Below are positions 1 to 15,000 of a DNA stretch of 64,000 bases, in pieces. A program made the position numbers and the translations under genes. The notes under the pieces are model-generated. The model made no database searches. It was not told where the DNA came from and saw only the letters and a program-made list of their open reading frames with translations. This stretch comes from Eledone cirrhosa (taxonomy: Eukaryota), in the NCBI GenBank assembly GCA_964016885.1, contig OZ024741.1, forward strand, positions 406,410,001 to 406,474,000, read 5' to 3'. How positions within the stretch are numbered: position 1 is the first letter of the stretch; every line of letters begins with the position of its first letter.

Positions 1-3000
1 TGGACAATGACATGTAAGGAGGAGTGAGTTACTGTGAACTTAAAGACAGAGGTTGGTGGACAATGGCATGTAAGGAGGATTGAGTTACTGTGAACTTAAA
101 GACAGAGGTTGGTGGACAATGGCATGTAAGGAGGAGTGAGTTACTGTGAACTTAAAGACAGAGGTTGGTGGACAATGGCATGTATGGAGGATTGAGTTAC
201 TGTGAACTTAAAGACAGAGGTTGGTGGACCGTGGCATGTAAGGGGGATTGAGTTACTGTGAACTTAAAGAAAGAGGTTGGTGGACAATGGCATGTAAGGA
301 GGATTGAGTTACTGTGAACTTAAATACAGAGTTTGGTGGACAATGGCATGTAAGGAGGATTGAGTTACTCTGAACTTAAAGACAGAGGTTGGTGGACAAT
401 GGCATGTAAGGAGGATTGAGTTACTGTGAACCTAAAGACAGAGGTTGGTGGACAATGGCATGTAAGGGGGATTGAGTTACTGTGAACTTAAAGACAGAGG
501 TTGGTGGACAATGGCATATAAGGGGGATTGGGTTACTGTGAACTTAAAGACAGAGGTTGGTGGACAATGGCATGTAAGGGGGATTGAGTTACTGTGAACT
601 TAATGACAGAGGTTGGTGGACAATGGCATGTAAGGAGGATTGAGTTACTGTGAACTTAAAGACAGAGTTTGGTGGACAATGGCATGTAAGGAGGATTGAG
701 TTACTGTGAACTTAAAGACAGAGGTTGGTGGACAATGGCATGTAAGGAGGATTGAGTTACTGTGAACTTAAAGACAGAGGTTCGTGGACAATGGCATATA
801 AGGGGGATTGGGTTACTGTGAACTTAAAGACAGAATTTGGTGGACAATGGCATGTAAGGAGGATTGAGTTACTGTGAACTTAAAGACAGAGGTTGGTGGA
901 CAATGGCATGTAAGGGGGATTGAGTTACTGTGAACTTAAAGACAGAGGTTGGTGGACAATGGCATGTAAGGAGGATTGAGTTACTGTGAACTTAAAGACA
1001 GAGGTTGGTGGACAATGACATGTAAGGAGGATTGAGTTACTGTGAACTTAAAGACAGAGGTTGGTGGACAATGACATGTAAGGAGGATTGAGTTACTGTG
1101 GACTTAAAGACAGAGGTTGGTGGACAATGGCATGTAAGGAGGATTGAGTTACTGTGAACTTAAAGACAGAGGTTGGTGGACAATGGCATGTAAGGAGGAT
1201 TGAGTTACTGTGAACTTAAAGACAGAGGTTGGTGGACAATGGCATGTAAGGGGGATTGAGTTACTGTGAACTTAAAGACAGAGGTTGGTGGACAATGGCA
1301 TGTGAGGAGGATTGAGTTACTGTGAACTTAAAGACAGAGGTTGGTGGACAATGGCATGTAAGGAGGATTGAGTTACTGTGAACTTAATGACAGAGGTTGG
1401 TGGACAATGGCATGTAAGGAGGATTGAGTTACTGTGAACTTAAAGACAGAGGTTGGTGGACAATGGCATGTAAGGAGGATTGAGTTACTGTGAACTTAAA
1501 GACAGAGGTTGGTGGACAATGGGATGTAAGGAGGATTGAGTTACTGTGAACTTAAAGACAGTGTTTGGTGGACAATGGCATGTAAGGAGGATTGAGTTAC
1601 TGTGAACTTAAATACAGAGTTTGCTGGACAATGGCATGTAAGGAGGATTGAGTTACTGTGAACTTAAATACAGAGTTTGGTGGACAATGACATGTAAGGA
1701 GGATTGAGTTACTGTGAACTTAAAGACAGAGGTTGGTGGACAATGGCATGTAAGGGGGATTGAGTTACTGTGAACTTAAATACAGAGTTTGGTGGACAAT
1801 GACATGTAAGGAGGATTGAGTTACTGTGAACTTAAAGACAGAGGTTGGTGGACAGTGGCATGTAAGGGGGATTGAGTTACTCTGAACTTAAAGAAAGAGA
1901 TTGGTGGACAATGGCATGTAAGGAGGATTGAGTTACTGTGAACTTAAATACAGAGTTTGGTGGACAATGGCATGTAAGGAGGATTGAGTTACTCTGAACT
2001 TAAAGACAGAGGTTGGTGGACAATGGCATGTAAGGAGGATTGAGTTACTGTGAACTTAAAGACAGAGGTTGGTGGACAATGGCATGTAAGGGGGATTGAG
2101 TTACTGTGAACTTAAAGACAGAGGTTGGTGGACAATGGCATATAAGGGGGATTGGGTTACTGTGAACTTAAAGACAGAGGTTGGTGGACAATGGCATGTA
2201 AGGGGGATTGAGTTACTGTGAACTTAAAGACAGAGGTTGGTGGACAATGGCATGTAAGGAGGATTGAGTTACTGTGAACTTAAAGACAGAGTTTGGTGGA
2301 CAATGGCATGTAAGGAGGATTGAGTTACTGTGAACTTAAAGACAGAGGTTGGTGGACAATGGCATGCAAGGAGGATTGAGTTACTGTGAACTTAAAGACA
2401 GAGGTTCGTGGACAATGGCATATAAGGGGGATTGGGTTACTGTGAACTTAAAGACAGAGGTTGGTGGACAATGGCATGTAAGGGGGATTGTGTTACTGTG
2501 AACTTAAAGACAGAGGTTGGTGGACAATGGCATGTAAGGAGGCTTGAGTTACTGTGAACTTAAAGACAGAGGTTGGTGGACAATGGCATATAAGGGGGAT
2601 TGGGTTACTGTAAAATTAAAGACAGAGGTTGGTGGACAATGGCATGTAAGGGGGATTGAGTTACTGTGAACTTAAAGACAGAGGTTGGTGGACAATGGCA
2701 TGTAAGGAGGATTGAGTTACTGTGAACTTAAAGACAGAGGTTTGTGGACAATGGCATGTAAGGAGGATTGAGTTACTGTGAACTTAAAGACAGAGGTTGG
2801 TGGACAATGGCATGTAAGGAGGATTGAGTTACTGTGAACTTAAAGACAGAGGTTGGTGGACAATGGCATGTAAGGAGGATTGAGTTACTGTGAACTTAAA
2901 GACAGAGGTTGGTGGACAATGGCATGTAAGGGGGATTGAGTTACTGTGAACTTAAAGACAGAGGTTAGTGGACAATGGCATGTGAGGAGGATTGAGTTAC

Positions 3001-6000
3001 TGTGAACTTAAAGACAGAGGTTGGTGGACAATGGCATGTAAGGAGGATTGAGTTACTGTGAACTTAAAGACAGAGGTTGGTGGACAATGACATGTAAGGA
3101 GGATTGAGTTACTGTGAACTTAAAGACAGAGGTTGGTGGACAATGACATGTAAGGAGGATTGAGTTACTGTGAACTTAAAGACAGAGGTTGGTGGACAAT
3201 GACATGTAAGGAGGATTGAGTTACTGTGAACTTAAAGACAGAGGTTGGTGGACAATGGCATGTAAGGAGGATTGAGTTACTGTGAACTTAAAGACAGAGG
3301 TTGGTGGACAATGGCATGTAAGGAGGATTGAGTTACTGTGAACTTAAAGACAGAGGTTGGTGGACAATGGCATGTAAGGGGGATTGAGTTACTGTGAACT
3401 TAAAGACAGAGGTTGGTGGACAATGGCATGTAAGGAGGATTGAGTTACTGTGAACATAAAGACAGAGGTTGGTGGACAATGGCATGTAAGGAGGATTGAG
3501 TTACTGTGAACATAAAGACAGAGGTTGGTGGACAATGGCATGTAAGGGGGATTGAGTTACTGTGAACATAAAGACAGAGGTTGGTGGACAATGGCATGTA
3601 AGGAGGATTGAGTTGCTGTGAAAATAAAGACAGAGGTTGGTGGACAATGGCATGTAAGGAGGATTGAGTTACTGTGAACTTAAAGAAAGAGGTTGGTGGA
3701 CAATGGCATGTAAGGGTGATTGAGTTACTGTGAACTTAAAGACAGAGGTTGGTGGACAATGGCATGTAAGGGGGATTGAGTTACTGTGAACTTAAAGACA
3801 GAGGTTGGTGGACAATGACATGTAAGGAGGATTGAGTTACTGTGAACTTAAAGACAGAGGTTGGTGGACAATGGCATGTAAGGAGGAGTGAGTTACTGTG
3901 AACTTAAAGACAGAGGTTGGTGGACAATGGCATGTAAGGAGAATTGAGTAACTGTGAACTTAAAGACAGAGGTTGGTGGACAATGACATGTAAGGAGGAG
4001 TGAGTTACTGTGAACTTAAAGACAGAGGTTGGTGGACAATGGCATGTAAGGAGGATTGAGTTACTGTGAACTTAAAGACAGAGGTTGGTGGACAATGGCA
4101 TGTAAGGAGGAGTGAGTTACTGTGAACTTAAAGACAGAGGTTGGTGGACAATGGCATGTATGGAGGATTGAGTTACTGTGAACTTAAAGACAGAGGTTGG
4201 TGGACAATGGCATGTAAGGAAGATTGAGTTACTGTGAACTTAAAGACAGAGGTTGGTGGACAATGGCATGTAAGGGGGATTGAGTTACTGTGAACTTAAA
4301 GACACAGGTTGGTGGACAATGATATGTAAGGGGGATTGAGTTACTGTGAACTTAAAGACAGAGGTTGGTGGACAATGGCATGTAAGGAGGATTGAGTTAC
4401 TGTGAACTTAAAGACAGAGGTTGGTGCACAATGACATGTAAGGAGGAGTGAGTTACTGTGAACTTAAAGACAGAGGTTGGTGAACAATGACATGTAAGGA
4501 GGATTGAGTTACTGTGAACTTAAAGACAGAGGTTGGTGGACAATGACGTGTAAGGAGGATTGAGTTACTGTGAACTTAAAGACAGAGGTTGGTGGACAAT
4601 GGCATGTAAGGAGGATTGAGTTACTGTGAACTTAAAGACAGAGGTTGGTGGACAATGGCATGTAAGGAGGATTGAGTTACTGTGAACTTAAAGACAGAGG
4701 TTGGGGGACAATGGCATGTAAGGGGGATTGAGTTACTGTGAACTTAAAGACAGAGGTTGGTGGACAATGGCATGTGAGGAGGATTGAGTTACTGTGAACT
4801 TAAAGACAGAGGTTGGTGGACAATGGCATGTAAGGAGGATTGAGTTACTGTGAACTTAAAGACAGAGGTTGGTGGACAATGGCATGTAAGGAGGATTGAG
4901 TTACTGTGAACTTAAAGACAGAGGTTGGTGGACAATGGCATGTAAGGAGGATTGAGTTACTGTGAACTTAAAGACAGAGGTTGGTGGACAATGGCATGTA
5001 AGGAGGATTGAGTTACTGTGAACTTAAAGACAGTGTTTGGTGGACAATGGCATGTAAGGAGGATTGAGTTACTGTGAACTTAAATACAGAGTTTGGTGGA
5101 CAATGGCATGTAAGGAGGATTGAGTTACTGTGAACTTAAATACAGAGTTTGGTGGACAATGACATGTAAGGAGGATTGAGTTACTGTGAACTTAAAGACA
5201 GAGGTTGGTGGACAATGGCATGTAAGGGGGATTGAGTTACTGTGAACTTAAATACAGAGTTTGGTGGACAATGGCATATAAGGGGGATTGGGTTACTGTG
5301 AACTTAAAGACAGAGGTTGGTGGACAATGGCATGTAAGGGGGATTGAGTTACTGTGAACTTAAAGACAGAGGTTGGTGGACAATGGCATGTAAGGAGGAT
5401 TGAGTTACTGTGAACTTAAAGACAGAGGTTGGTGGACAATGGCATGTAAGGAGGATTGAGTTACTGTGAACTTAAAGACAGAGGTTGGTGGACAATGACA
5501 TGTAAGGAGGATTGAGTTACTGTGAACTTAAAGACAGAGGTTGGTGGACAATGGCATGTAAGGAGGATTGAGTTACTGTGAACTTAAAGACAGAGGTTGG
5601 TGGACAATGGCATGTAAGGAGGATTGAGTTACTGTGAACTTAAAGACAGAGGTTGGTGGACAATGGCATGTAAGGGGGATTGAGTTACTGTGAACTTAAA
5701 GACAGAGGTTGGTGGACAATGGCATGTGAGGAGGATTGAGTTACTGTGAACTTAAAGACAGAGGTTGGTGGACAATGGCATGTAAGGAGGATTGAGTTAC
5801 TGTGAACTTAAAGACAGAGGTTGGTGGACAATGGCATGTAAGGAGGATTGAGTTACTGTGAACTTAAAGACAGAGGTTGGTGGACAATGGCATGTAAGGA
5901 GGATTGAGTTACTGTGAACTTAAAGACAGATGTTGGTGGACAATGGCATGTAAGGAGGATTGAGTTACTGTGAACTTAAAGACAGTGTTTGGTGGACAAT

Positions 6001-9000
6001 GGCATGTAAGGAGGATTGAGTTACTGTGAACTTAAATACAGAGTTTGGTGGACAATGGCATGTAAGGAGGATTGAGTTACTGTGAACTTAAATACAGAGT
6101 TTGGTGGACAATGACATGTAAGGAGGATTGAGTTACTGTGAACTTAAAGACAGAGGTTGGTGGACAATGGCATGTAAGGGGGATTGAGTTACTGTGAACT
6201 TAAATACAGAGTTTGGTGGACAATGACATGTAAGGAGGATTGAGTTACTGTGAACTTAAAGACAGAGGTTGGTGGTCAGTGGCATGTAAGGGGGATTGAG
6301 TTACTGTGAACTTAAAGAAAGAGGTTGGTGGACAATGGCATGTAAGGAGGATTGAGTTACTGTGAACTTAAATACAGAGTTTGGTGGACAATGGCATGTA
6401 AGGAGGATTGAGTTACTCTGAACTTAAAGACAGAGGTTGGTGGACAATGGCATGTAAGGAGGATTGAGTTACTGTGAACATAAAGACAGAGGTTGGTGGA
6501 CAATGGCATGTAAGGGGGATTGAGTTACTGTGAACTTAAAGACAGAGGTTGGTGGACAATGGCATATAAGGGGGATTGGGTTACTGTGAACTTAAAGACA
6601 GAGGTTGGTGGACAATGGCATGTAAGGGGGATTGAGTTACTGTGAACTTAAAGACAGAGGTTGGTGGACAATGGCATGTAAGGAGGATTGAGTTACTGTG
6701 AACTTAAATACAGAGTTTGGTGGACAATGACATGTAAGGAGGATTGAGTTACTGTGAACTTAAAGACAGAGGTTGGTGGACAATGGCATGTAAGGGGGAT
6801 TGAGTTACTGTGAACTTAAATACAGAGTTTGGTGGACAATGACATGTAAGGAGGATTGAGTTACTGTGAACTTAAAGACAGAGGTTGGTGGACCATGGCA
6901 TGTAAGGGGGATTGAGTTACTGTGAACTTAAAGAAAGAGGTTGGTGGACAATGGCATGTAAGGAGGATTGAGTTACTGTGAACTTAAATACAGAGTTTGG
7001 TGGACAATGGCATGTAAGGAGGATTGAGTTACTCTGAAATTAAAGACAGAGGTTGGTGGACAATGGCATGTAAGGAGGATTGAGTTACTGTGAACTTAAA
7101 GACAGAGGTTGGTGGACAATGGCATGTAAGGGGGATTGAGTTACTGTGAACTTAAAGACAGAGGTTGGTGGACAATGGCATATAAGGGGGATTGGGTTAC
7201 TGTGAACTTAAAGACAGAGGTTGGTGGACAATGGCATGTAAGGGGGATTGAGTTACTGTGAACTTAAAGACAGAGGTTGGTGGACAATGGCATGTAAGGA
7301 GGATTGAGTTACTGTGAACTTAAAGACAGAGGTTGGTGGACAATGGCATGTAAGGAGGATTGAGTTACTGTGAACTTAAAGACAGAGGTTGGTGGACAAT
7401 GACATGTAAGGAGGATTGAGTTACTGTGAACTTAAAGACAGAGGTTGGTGGACAATGGCATGTAAGGAGGATTGAGTTACTGTGAACTTAAAGACAGAGG
7501 TTGGTGGACAATGGCATGTAAGGAGGATTGAGTTACTGTGAACTTAAAGACAGAGGTTGGTGGACAATGGCATGTAAGGGGGATTGAGTTACTGTGAACT
7601 TAAAGACAGAGGTTGGTGGACAATGGCATGTGAGGAGGATTGAGTTACTGTGAACTTAAAGACAGAGGTTGGTGGACAATGGCATGTAAGGAGGATTGAG
7701 TTACTGTGAACTTAAAGACAGAGGTTGGTGGACAATGGCATGTAAGGAGGATTGAGTTACTGTGAACTTAAAGACAGAGGTTGGTGGACAATGGCATGTA
7801 AGGAGGATTGAGTTACTGTGAACTTAAAGACAGATGTTGGTGGACAATGGCATGTAAGGAGGATTGAGTTACTGTGAACTTAAAGACAGTGTTTGGTGGA
7901 CAATGGCATGTAAGGAGGATTGAGTTACTGTGAACTTAAATACAGAGTTTGGTGGACAATGGCATGTAAGGAGGATTGAGTTACTGTGAACTTAAATACA
8001 GAGTTTGGTGGACAATGACATGTAAGGAGGATTGAGTTACTGTGAACTTAAAGACAGAGGTTGGTGGACAATGGCATGTAAGGGGGATTGAGTTACTGTG
8101 AACTTAAATACAGAGTTTGGTGGACAATGACATGTAAGGAGGATTGAGTTACTGTGAACTTAAAGACAGAGGTTGGTGGTCAGTGGCATGTAAGGGGGAT
8201 TGAGTTACTGTGAACTTAAAGAAAGAGGTTGGTGGACAATGGCATGTAAGGAGGATTGAGTTACTGTGAACTTAAATACAGAGTTTGGTGGACAATGGCA
8301 TGTAAGGAGGATTGAGTTACTCTGAACTTAAAGACAGAGGTTGGTGGACAATGGCATGTAAGGAGGATTGAGTTACTGTGAACATAAAGACAGAGGTTGG
8401 TGGACAATGGCATGTAAGGGGGATTGAGTTACTGTGAACTTAAAGACAGAGGTTGGTGGACAATGGCATATAAGGGGGATTGGGTTACTGTGAACTTAAA
8501 GACAGAGGTTGGTGGACAATGGCATGTAAGGGGGATTGAGTTACTGTGAACTTAAAGACAGAGGTTGGTGGACAATGGCATGTAAGGAGGATTGAGTTAC
8601 TGTGAACTTAAAGACAGAGTTTGGTGGACAATGGCATGTAAGGAGGATTGAGTTACTGTGAACTTAAAGACAGAGGTTGGTGGACAATGGCATGTAAGGA
8701 GGATTGAGTTACTGTGAACTTTAAGACAGAGGTTCGTGGACAATGGCATATAAGGGGGATTGGGTTACTGTGAACTTAAAGACAGAGGTTGGTGGACAAT
8801 GGCATGTAAGGGGGATTGTGTTACTGTGAACTTAAAGACAGAGGTTGGTGGACAATGGCATGTAAGGAGGATTGAGTTACTGTGAACTTAAAGACAGAGG
8901 TTGGTGAACAATGGCATATAAGGGGGATTGGGTTACTGTAAAATTAAAGACAGAGGTTGGTGGACAATGGCATGTAAGGGGGATTGAGTTACTGTGAACT

Positions 9001-12000
9001 TAAAGACAGAGGTTGGTGGACAATGGCATGTAAGGAGGATTGAGTTACTGTGAACTTAAAGACAGAGGTTGGTGGACAATGGCATGTAATGAGGATTGAG
9101 TTACTGTGAACTTAAAGACAGAGTTTGGTGGACAATGGCATGTAAGGAGGATTGAGTTACTGTGAACTTAAATACAGAGGTTGGTGGACAATGGCATGTA
9201 AGGAGGATTGAGTTACTGTGAACTTAAAGACAGAGGTTGGTGGACAATGACATGTAAGGAGGATTGAGTTACTGTGAACTTAAAGACAGAGGTTGGTGGA
9301 CAATGGCATGTAAGGAGGATTGAGTTACTGTGAACTTAAAGACAGAGGTTGGTGGACAATGGCATGTAAGGAGGATTGAGTTACTGTGAACTTAAAGACA
9401 GAGGTTGGTGGACAATGGCATGTAAGGAGGATTGAGTTACTGTGAACTTAAAGACAGAGGTTGGTGGACAATGGCATGTAAGGGGGATTGAGTTACTGTG
9501 AACTTAAAGACAGAGGTTGGTGGACAATGGCATGTGAGGAGGATTGAGTTACTGTGAACTTAAAGACAGAGGTTGGTGGACAATGGCATGTAAGGAGGAT
9601 TGAGTTACTGTGAACTTAAAGACAGAGGTTGGTGGACAATGACATGTAAGGAGGATTGAGTTACTGTGAACTTAAAGACAGAGGTTGGTGGACAATGACA
9701 TGTAAGGAGGATTGAGTTACTGTGAACTTAAAGACAGAGGTTGGTGGACAATGACATGTAAGGAGGATTGAGTTACTGTGAACTTAAAGACAGAGGTTGG
9801 TGGACAATGGCATGTAAGGAGGATTGAGTTACTGTGAACTTAAAGACAGAGGTTGGTGGACAATGGCATGTAAGGAGGATTGAGTTACTGTGAACTTAAA
9901 GACAGAGGTTGGTGGACAATGGCATGTAAGGGGGATTGAGTTACTGTGAACTTAAAGACAGAGGTTGGTGGACAATGGCATGTAAGGAGGATTGAGTTAC
10001 TGTGAACATAAAGACAGAGGTTGGTGGACAATGGCATGTAAGGAGGATTGAGTTACTGTGAACATAAAGACAGAGGTTGGTGGACAATGGCATGTAAGGG
10101 GGATTGAGTTACTGTGAACATAAAGACAGAGGTTGGTGGACAATGGCATGTAAGGAGGATTGAGTTGCTGTGAACATAAAGACAGAGGTTGGTGGACAAT
10201 GGCATGTAAGGAGGATTGAGTTACTGTGAACTTAAAGACAGAGGTTGGTGGACAATGGCATGTAAGGGTGATTGAGTTACTGTGAACTTAAAGACAGAGG
10301 TTGGTGGACAATGGCATGTAAGGAGGATTGAGTTACTGTGAACTTAAAGACAGAGGTTGGTGGACAATGGCATGTAAGGAGGAGTGAGTTACTGTGAACT
10401 TAAAGACAGAGGTTGGTGGACAATGGCATGTAAGGAGAATTGAGTAACTGTGAACTGAAAGACAGAGGTTGGTGGACAATGACATGTAAGGAGGATTGAG
10501 TTACTGTGAACTTAAAGACAGAGGTTGGTGGACAATGGCATGTAAGGAGGATTGAGTTACTGTGAACTTAAAGACAGAGGTTGGTGGACAATGGCATGTA
10601 AGGAGGATTGAGTTACTGTGAACTTAAAGACAGAGGTTTGTGGACAATGGCATGTAAGGGGGATTGAGTTACTGTGAACTTAAAGACAGAGGTTGGTGGA
10701 CAATGGCATGTGAGGAGGATTGAGTTACTGTGAACTTAAAGACAGAGGTTGGTGGACAATGGCATGTAAGGAGGATTGAGTTACTGTGAACTTAAAGACA
10801 GAGGTTGGTGGACAATGGCATGTAAGGAGGATTGAGTTACTGTGAACTTAAAGACAGAGGTTGGTGGACAATGGCATGTAAGGAGGATTGAGTTACTGTG
10901 AACTTAAAGACAGATGTTGGTGGACAATGGCATGTAAGGAGGATTGAGTTACTGTGAACTTAAAGACAGTGTTTGGTGGACAATGGCATGTAAGGAGGAT
11001 TGAGTTACTGTGAACTTAAATACAGAGTTTGGTGGACAATGGCATGTAAGGAGGATTGAGTTACTGTGAACTTAAAGACAGAGGTTGGTGGTCAGTGGCA
11101 TGTAAGGGGGATTGAGTTACTGTGAACTTAAAGAAAGAGGTTGGTGGACAATGGCATGTAAGGAGGATTGAGTTACTGTGAACTTAAATACAGAGTTTGG
11201 TGGACAATGGCATGTAAGGAGGATTGAGTTACTCTGAACTTAAAGACAGAGGTTGGTGGACAATGGCATGTAAGGAGGATTGAGTTACTGTGAACATAAA
11301 GACAGAGGTTGGTGGACAATGGCATGTAAGGGGGATTGAGTTACTGTGAACTTAAAGACAGAGGTTGGTGGACAATGGCATATAAGGGGGATTGGGTTAC
11401 TGTGAACTTAAAGACAGAGGTTGGTGGACAATGGCATGTAAGGGGGATTGAGTTACTGTGAACTTAAAGACAGAGTTTGGTGGACAATGGCATGTAAGGA
11501 GGATTGAGTTACTGTGAACTTAAAGACAGCGGTTGGTGGACAATGGCATGTAAGGAGGATTGAGTTACTGTGAACTTTAAGACAGAGGTTCGTGGACAAT
11601 GGCATATAAGGGGGATTGGGTTACTGTGAACTTAAAGACAGAGGTTGGTGGACAATGGCATGTAAGGGGGATTGTGTTACTGTGAACTTAAAGACAGAGG
11701 TTGGTGGACAATGGCATGTAAGGAGGATTGAGTTACTGTGAACTTAAAGACAGAGGTTGGTGGACAATGGCATATAAGGGGGATTGGGTTACTGTAAAAT
11801 TAAAGACAGAGGTTGGTGGACAATGGCATGTAAGAGGGATTGAGTTACTGTGAACTTAAAGACAGAGGTTGGTGGACAATGGCATGTAAGGAGGATTGAG
11901 TTACTGTGAACTTAAAGACAGAGGTTGGTGGACAATGGCATGTAAGGGGGATTGAGTTACTGTGAACTTAAAGACAGAGGTTGGTGGACAATGGCATGTA

Positions 12001-15000
12001 AGGAGGATTGAGTTACTGTGAACATAAAGACAGAGGTTGGTGGACAATGGCATGTAAGGAGGATTGAGTTACTGTGAACATAAAGACAGAGGTTGGTGGA
12101 CAATGGCATGTAAGGGGGATTGAGTTACTGTGAACATAAAGACAGAGGTTGGTGGACAATGGCATGTAAGGAGGATTGAGTTGCTGTGAACATAAAGCCA
12201 GAGGTTGGTGGTCAATGGCATGTAAGGAGGATTGAGTTACTGTGAACTTAAAGACAGAGGTTGGTGGACAATGGCATGTAAGGAGGATTGAGTTACTGTG
12301 AACTTAAATACAGAGTTTGGTGGACAATGACATGTAAGGAGGATTGAGTTACTGTGAACTTAAATACAGAGTTTGGTGGACAATGACATGTAAGGAGGAT
12401 TGAGTTACTGTGAACTTAAAGACAGAGGTTGGTGGACAATGGCATGTAAGGGGGATTGAGTTATTGTGAACTTAAATACAGAGTTTGGTGGACAATGACA
12501 TGTAAGGAGGATTGAGTTACTGTGAACTTAAAGACAGAGGTTGGTGGTCAGTGGCATGTAAGGGGGATTGAGTTACTGTGAACTTAAAGAAAGAGGTTGG
12601 TGGACAATGGCATGTAAGGAGGATTGAGTTACTGTGAACTTAAATACAGAGTTTGGTGGACAATGGCATGTAAGGAGGATTGAGTTACTCTGAACTTAAA
12701 GACAGAGGTTGGTGGACAATGGCATGTAAGGAGGATTGAGTTACTGTGAACATAAAGACAGAGGTTGGTGGACAATGGCATGTAAGGGGGATTGAGTTAC
12801 TGTGAACTTAAAGACAGAGGTTGGTGGACAATGGCATATAAGGGGGATTGGGTTACTGTGAACTTAAAGACAGAGGTTGGTGGACAATGGCATGTAAGGG
12901 GGATTGAGTTACTGTGAACTTAAAGACAGAGGTTGGTGGACAATGGCATGTAAGGAGGATTGAGTTACTGTGAACTTAAAGACAGAGTTTGGTGGACAAT
13001 GGCATGTAAGGAGGATTGAGTTACTGTGAACTTAAAGACAGCGGTTGGTGGACAATGGCATGTAAGGAGGATTGAGTTACTGTGAACTTTAAGACAGAGG
13101 TTCGTGGACAATGGCATATAAGGGGGATTGGGTTACTGTGAACTTAAAGACAGAGGTTGGTGGACAATGGCATGTAAGGGGGATTGTGTTACTGTGAACT
13201 TAAAGACAGAGGTTGGTGGACAATGGCATGTAAGGAGGATTGAGTTACTGTGAACTTAAAGACAGAGGTTGGTGGACAATGGCATATAAGGGGGATTGGG
13301 TTACTGTAAAATTAAAGACAGAGGTTGGTGGACAATGGCATGTAAGAGGGATTGAGTTACTGTGAACTTAAAGACAGAGGTTGGTGGACAATGGCATGTA
13401 AGGAGGATTGAGTTACTGTGAACTTAAAGACAGAGGTTGGTGGACAATGGCATGTAAGGGGGATTGAGTTACTGTGAACTTAAAGACAGAGGTTGGTGGA
13501 CAATGGCATGTAAGGAGGATTGAGTTACTGTGAACATAAAGACAGAGGTTGGTGGACAATGGCATGTAAGGAGGATTGAGTTACTGTGAACATAAAGACA
13601 GAGGTTGGTGGACAATGGCATGTAAGGGGGATTGAGTTACTGTGAACATAAAGACAGAGGTTGGTGGACAATGGGATGTAAGGAGGATTGAGTTGCTGTG
13701 AACATAAAGCCAGAGGTTGGTGGTCAATGGCATGTAAGGAGGATTGAGTTACTGTGAACTTAAAGACAGAGGTTGGTGGACAATGGCATGTAAGGGTGAT
13801 TGAGTTACTGTGAACTTAAAGACAGAGGTTGGTGGACAATGGCATGTAAGGTGGATTGAGTTACTGTGAACTTAAAGACAGAGGTTGGTGGACAATGACA
13901 TGTAAGGAGGATTGAGTTACTGTGAACTTAAAGACAGAGGTTGGTGGACAATGGCATGTAAGGAGGAGTGAGTTACTGTGAACTTAAAGACAGAGGTTGG
14001 TGGACAATGGCATGTAAGGAGAATTGAGTAACTGTGAACTTAAAGACAGAGGTTGGTGGACAATGACATGTAAGGAGGAATGAGTTACTGTGAACTTAAA
14101 GACAGAGGTTGGTGGACAATGGCATGTAAGGAGGATTGAGTTACTGTGAACTTAAAGACAGAGGTTGGTGGACAATGGCATGTAAGGGGGAGTGAGTTAC
14201 TGTGAACTTAAAGACAGAGGTTGGTGGACAATGGCATGTATGGAGGATTGAGTTACTGTGAACTTAAAGACAGAGGTTGGTGGACAATGGCATGTAAGGA
14301 AGATTGAGTTACTGTGAACATAAAGACAGAGGTTGGTGGACAATGGCATGTAAGGGGGATTGAGTTACTGTGAACTTAAAGACACAGGTTGGTGGACAAT
14401 GATATGTAAGGGGGATTGAGTTACTGTGAACTTAAAGACAGAGGTTGGTGGACAATGGCATGTAAGGAGGATTGAGTTACTGTGAACTTAAAGACAGAGG
14501 TTGGTGCACAATGACATGTAAGGAGGAGTGAGTTACTGTGAACTTAAAGACAGAGGTTGGTGGACAATGGCATGTAAGGAGGATTGAGTTACTGTGAACT
14601 TAAAGACAGAGGTTGGTGGACAATGGCATGTAAGGAGGATTGAGTTACTGTGAACTTAAAGACAGAGGTTGGTGGACAATGACATGTAAGAAGGATTGAG
14701 TTACTGTGAACTTAAAGACAGAGGTTGGTGGACAATGGCATGTAAGGAGGATTGAGTTACTGTGAACTTAAAGACAGAGGTTGGTGGACAATGGCATGTA
14801 AGGAGGATTGAGTTACTGTGAACATAAAGACAGAGGTTGGTGGACAATGGCATGTAAGGAGGATTGAGTTACTGTGAACATAAAGACAGAGGTTGGTGGA
14901 CAATGGCATGTAAGGAGGAGTGAGTTACTGTGAACTTAAAGACAGAGGTTGGTGGACAATGGCATGTAAGGAGGATTGAGTTACTGTGAACTTAAAGACA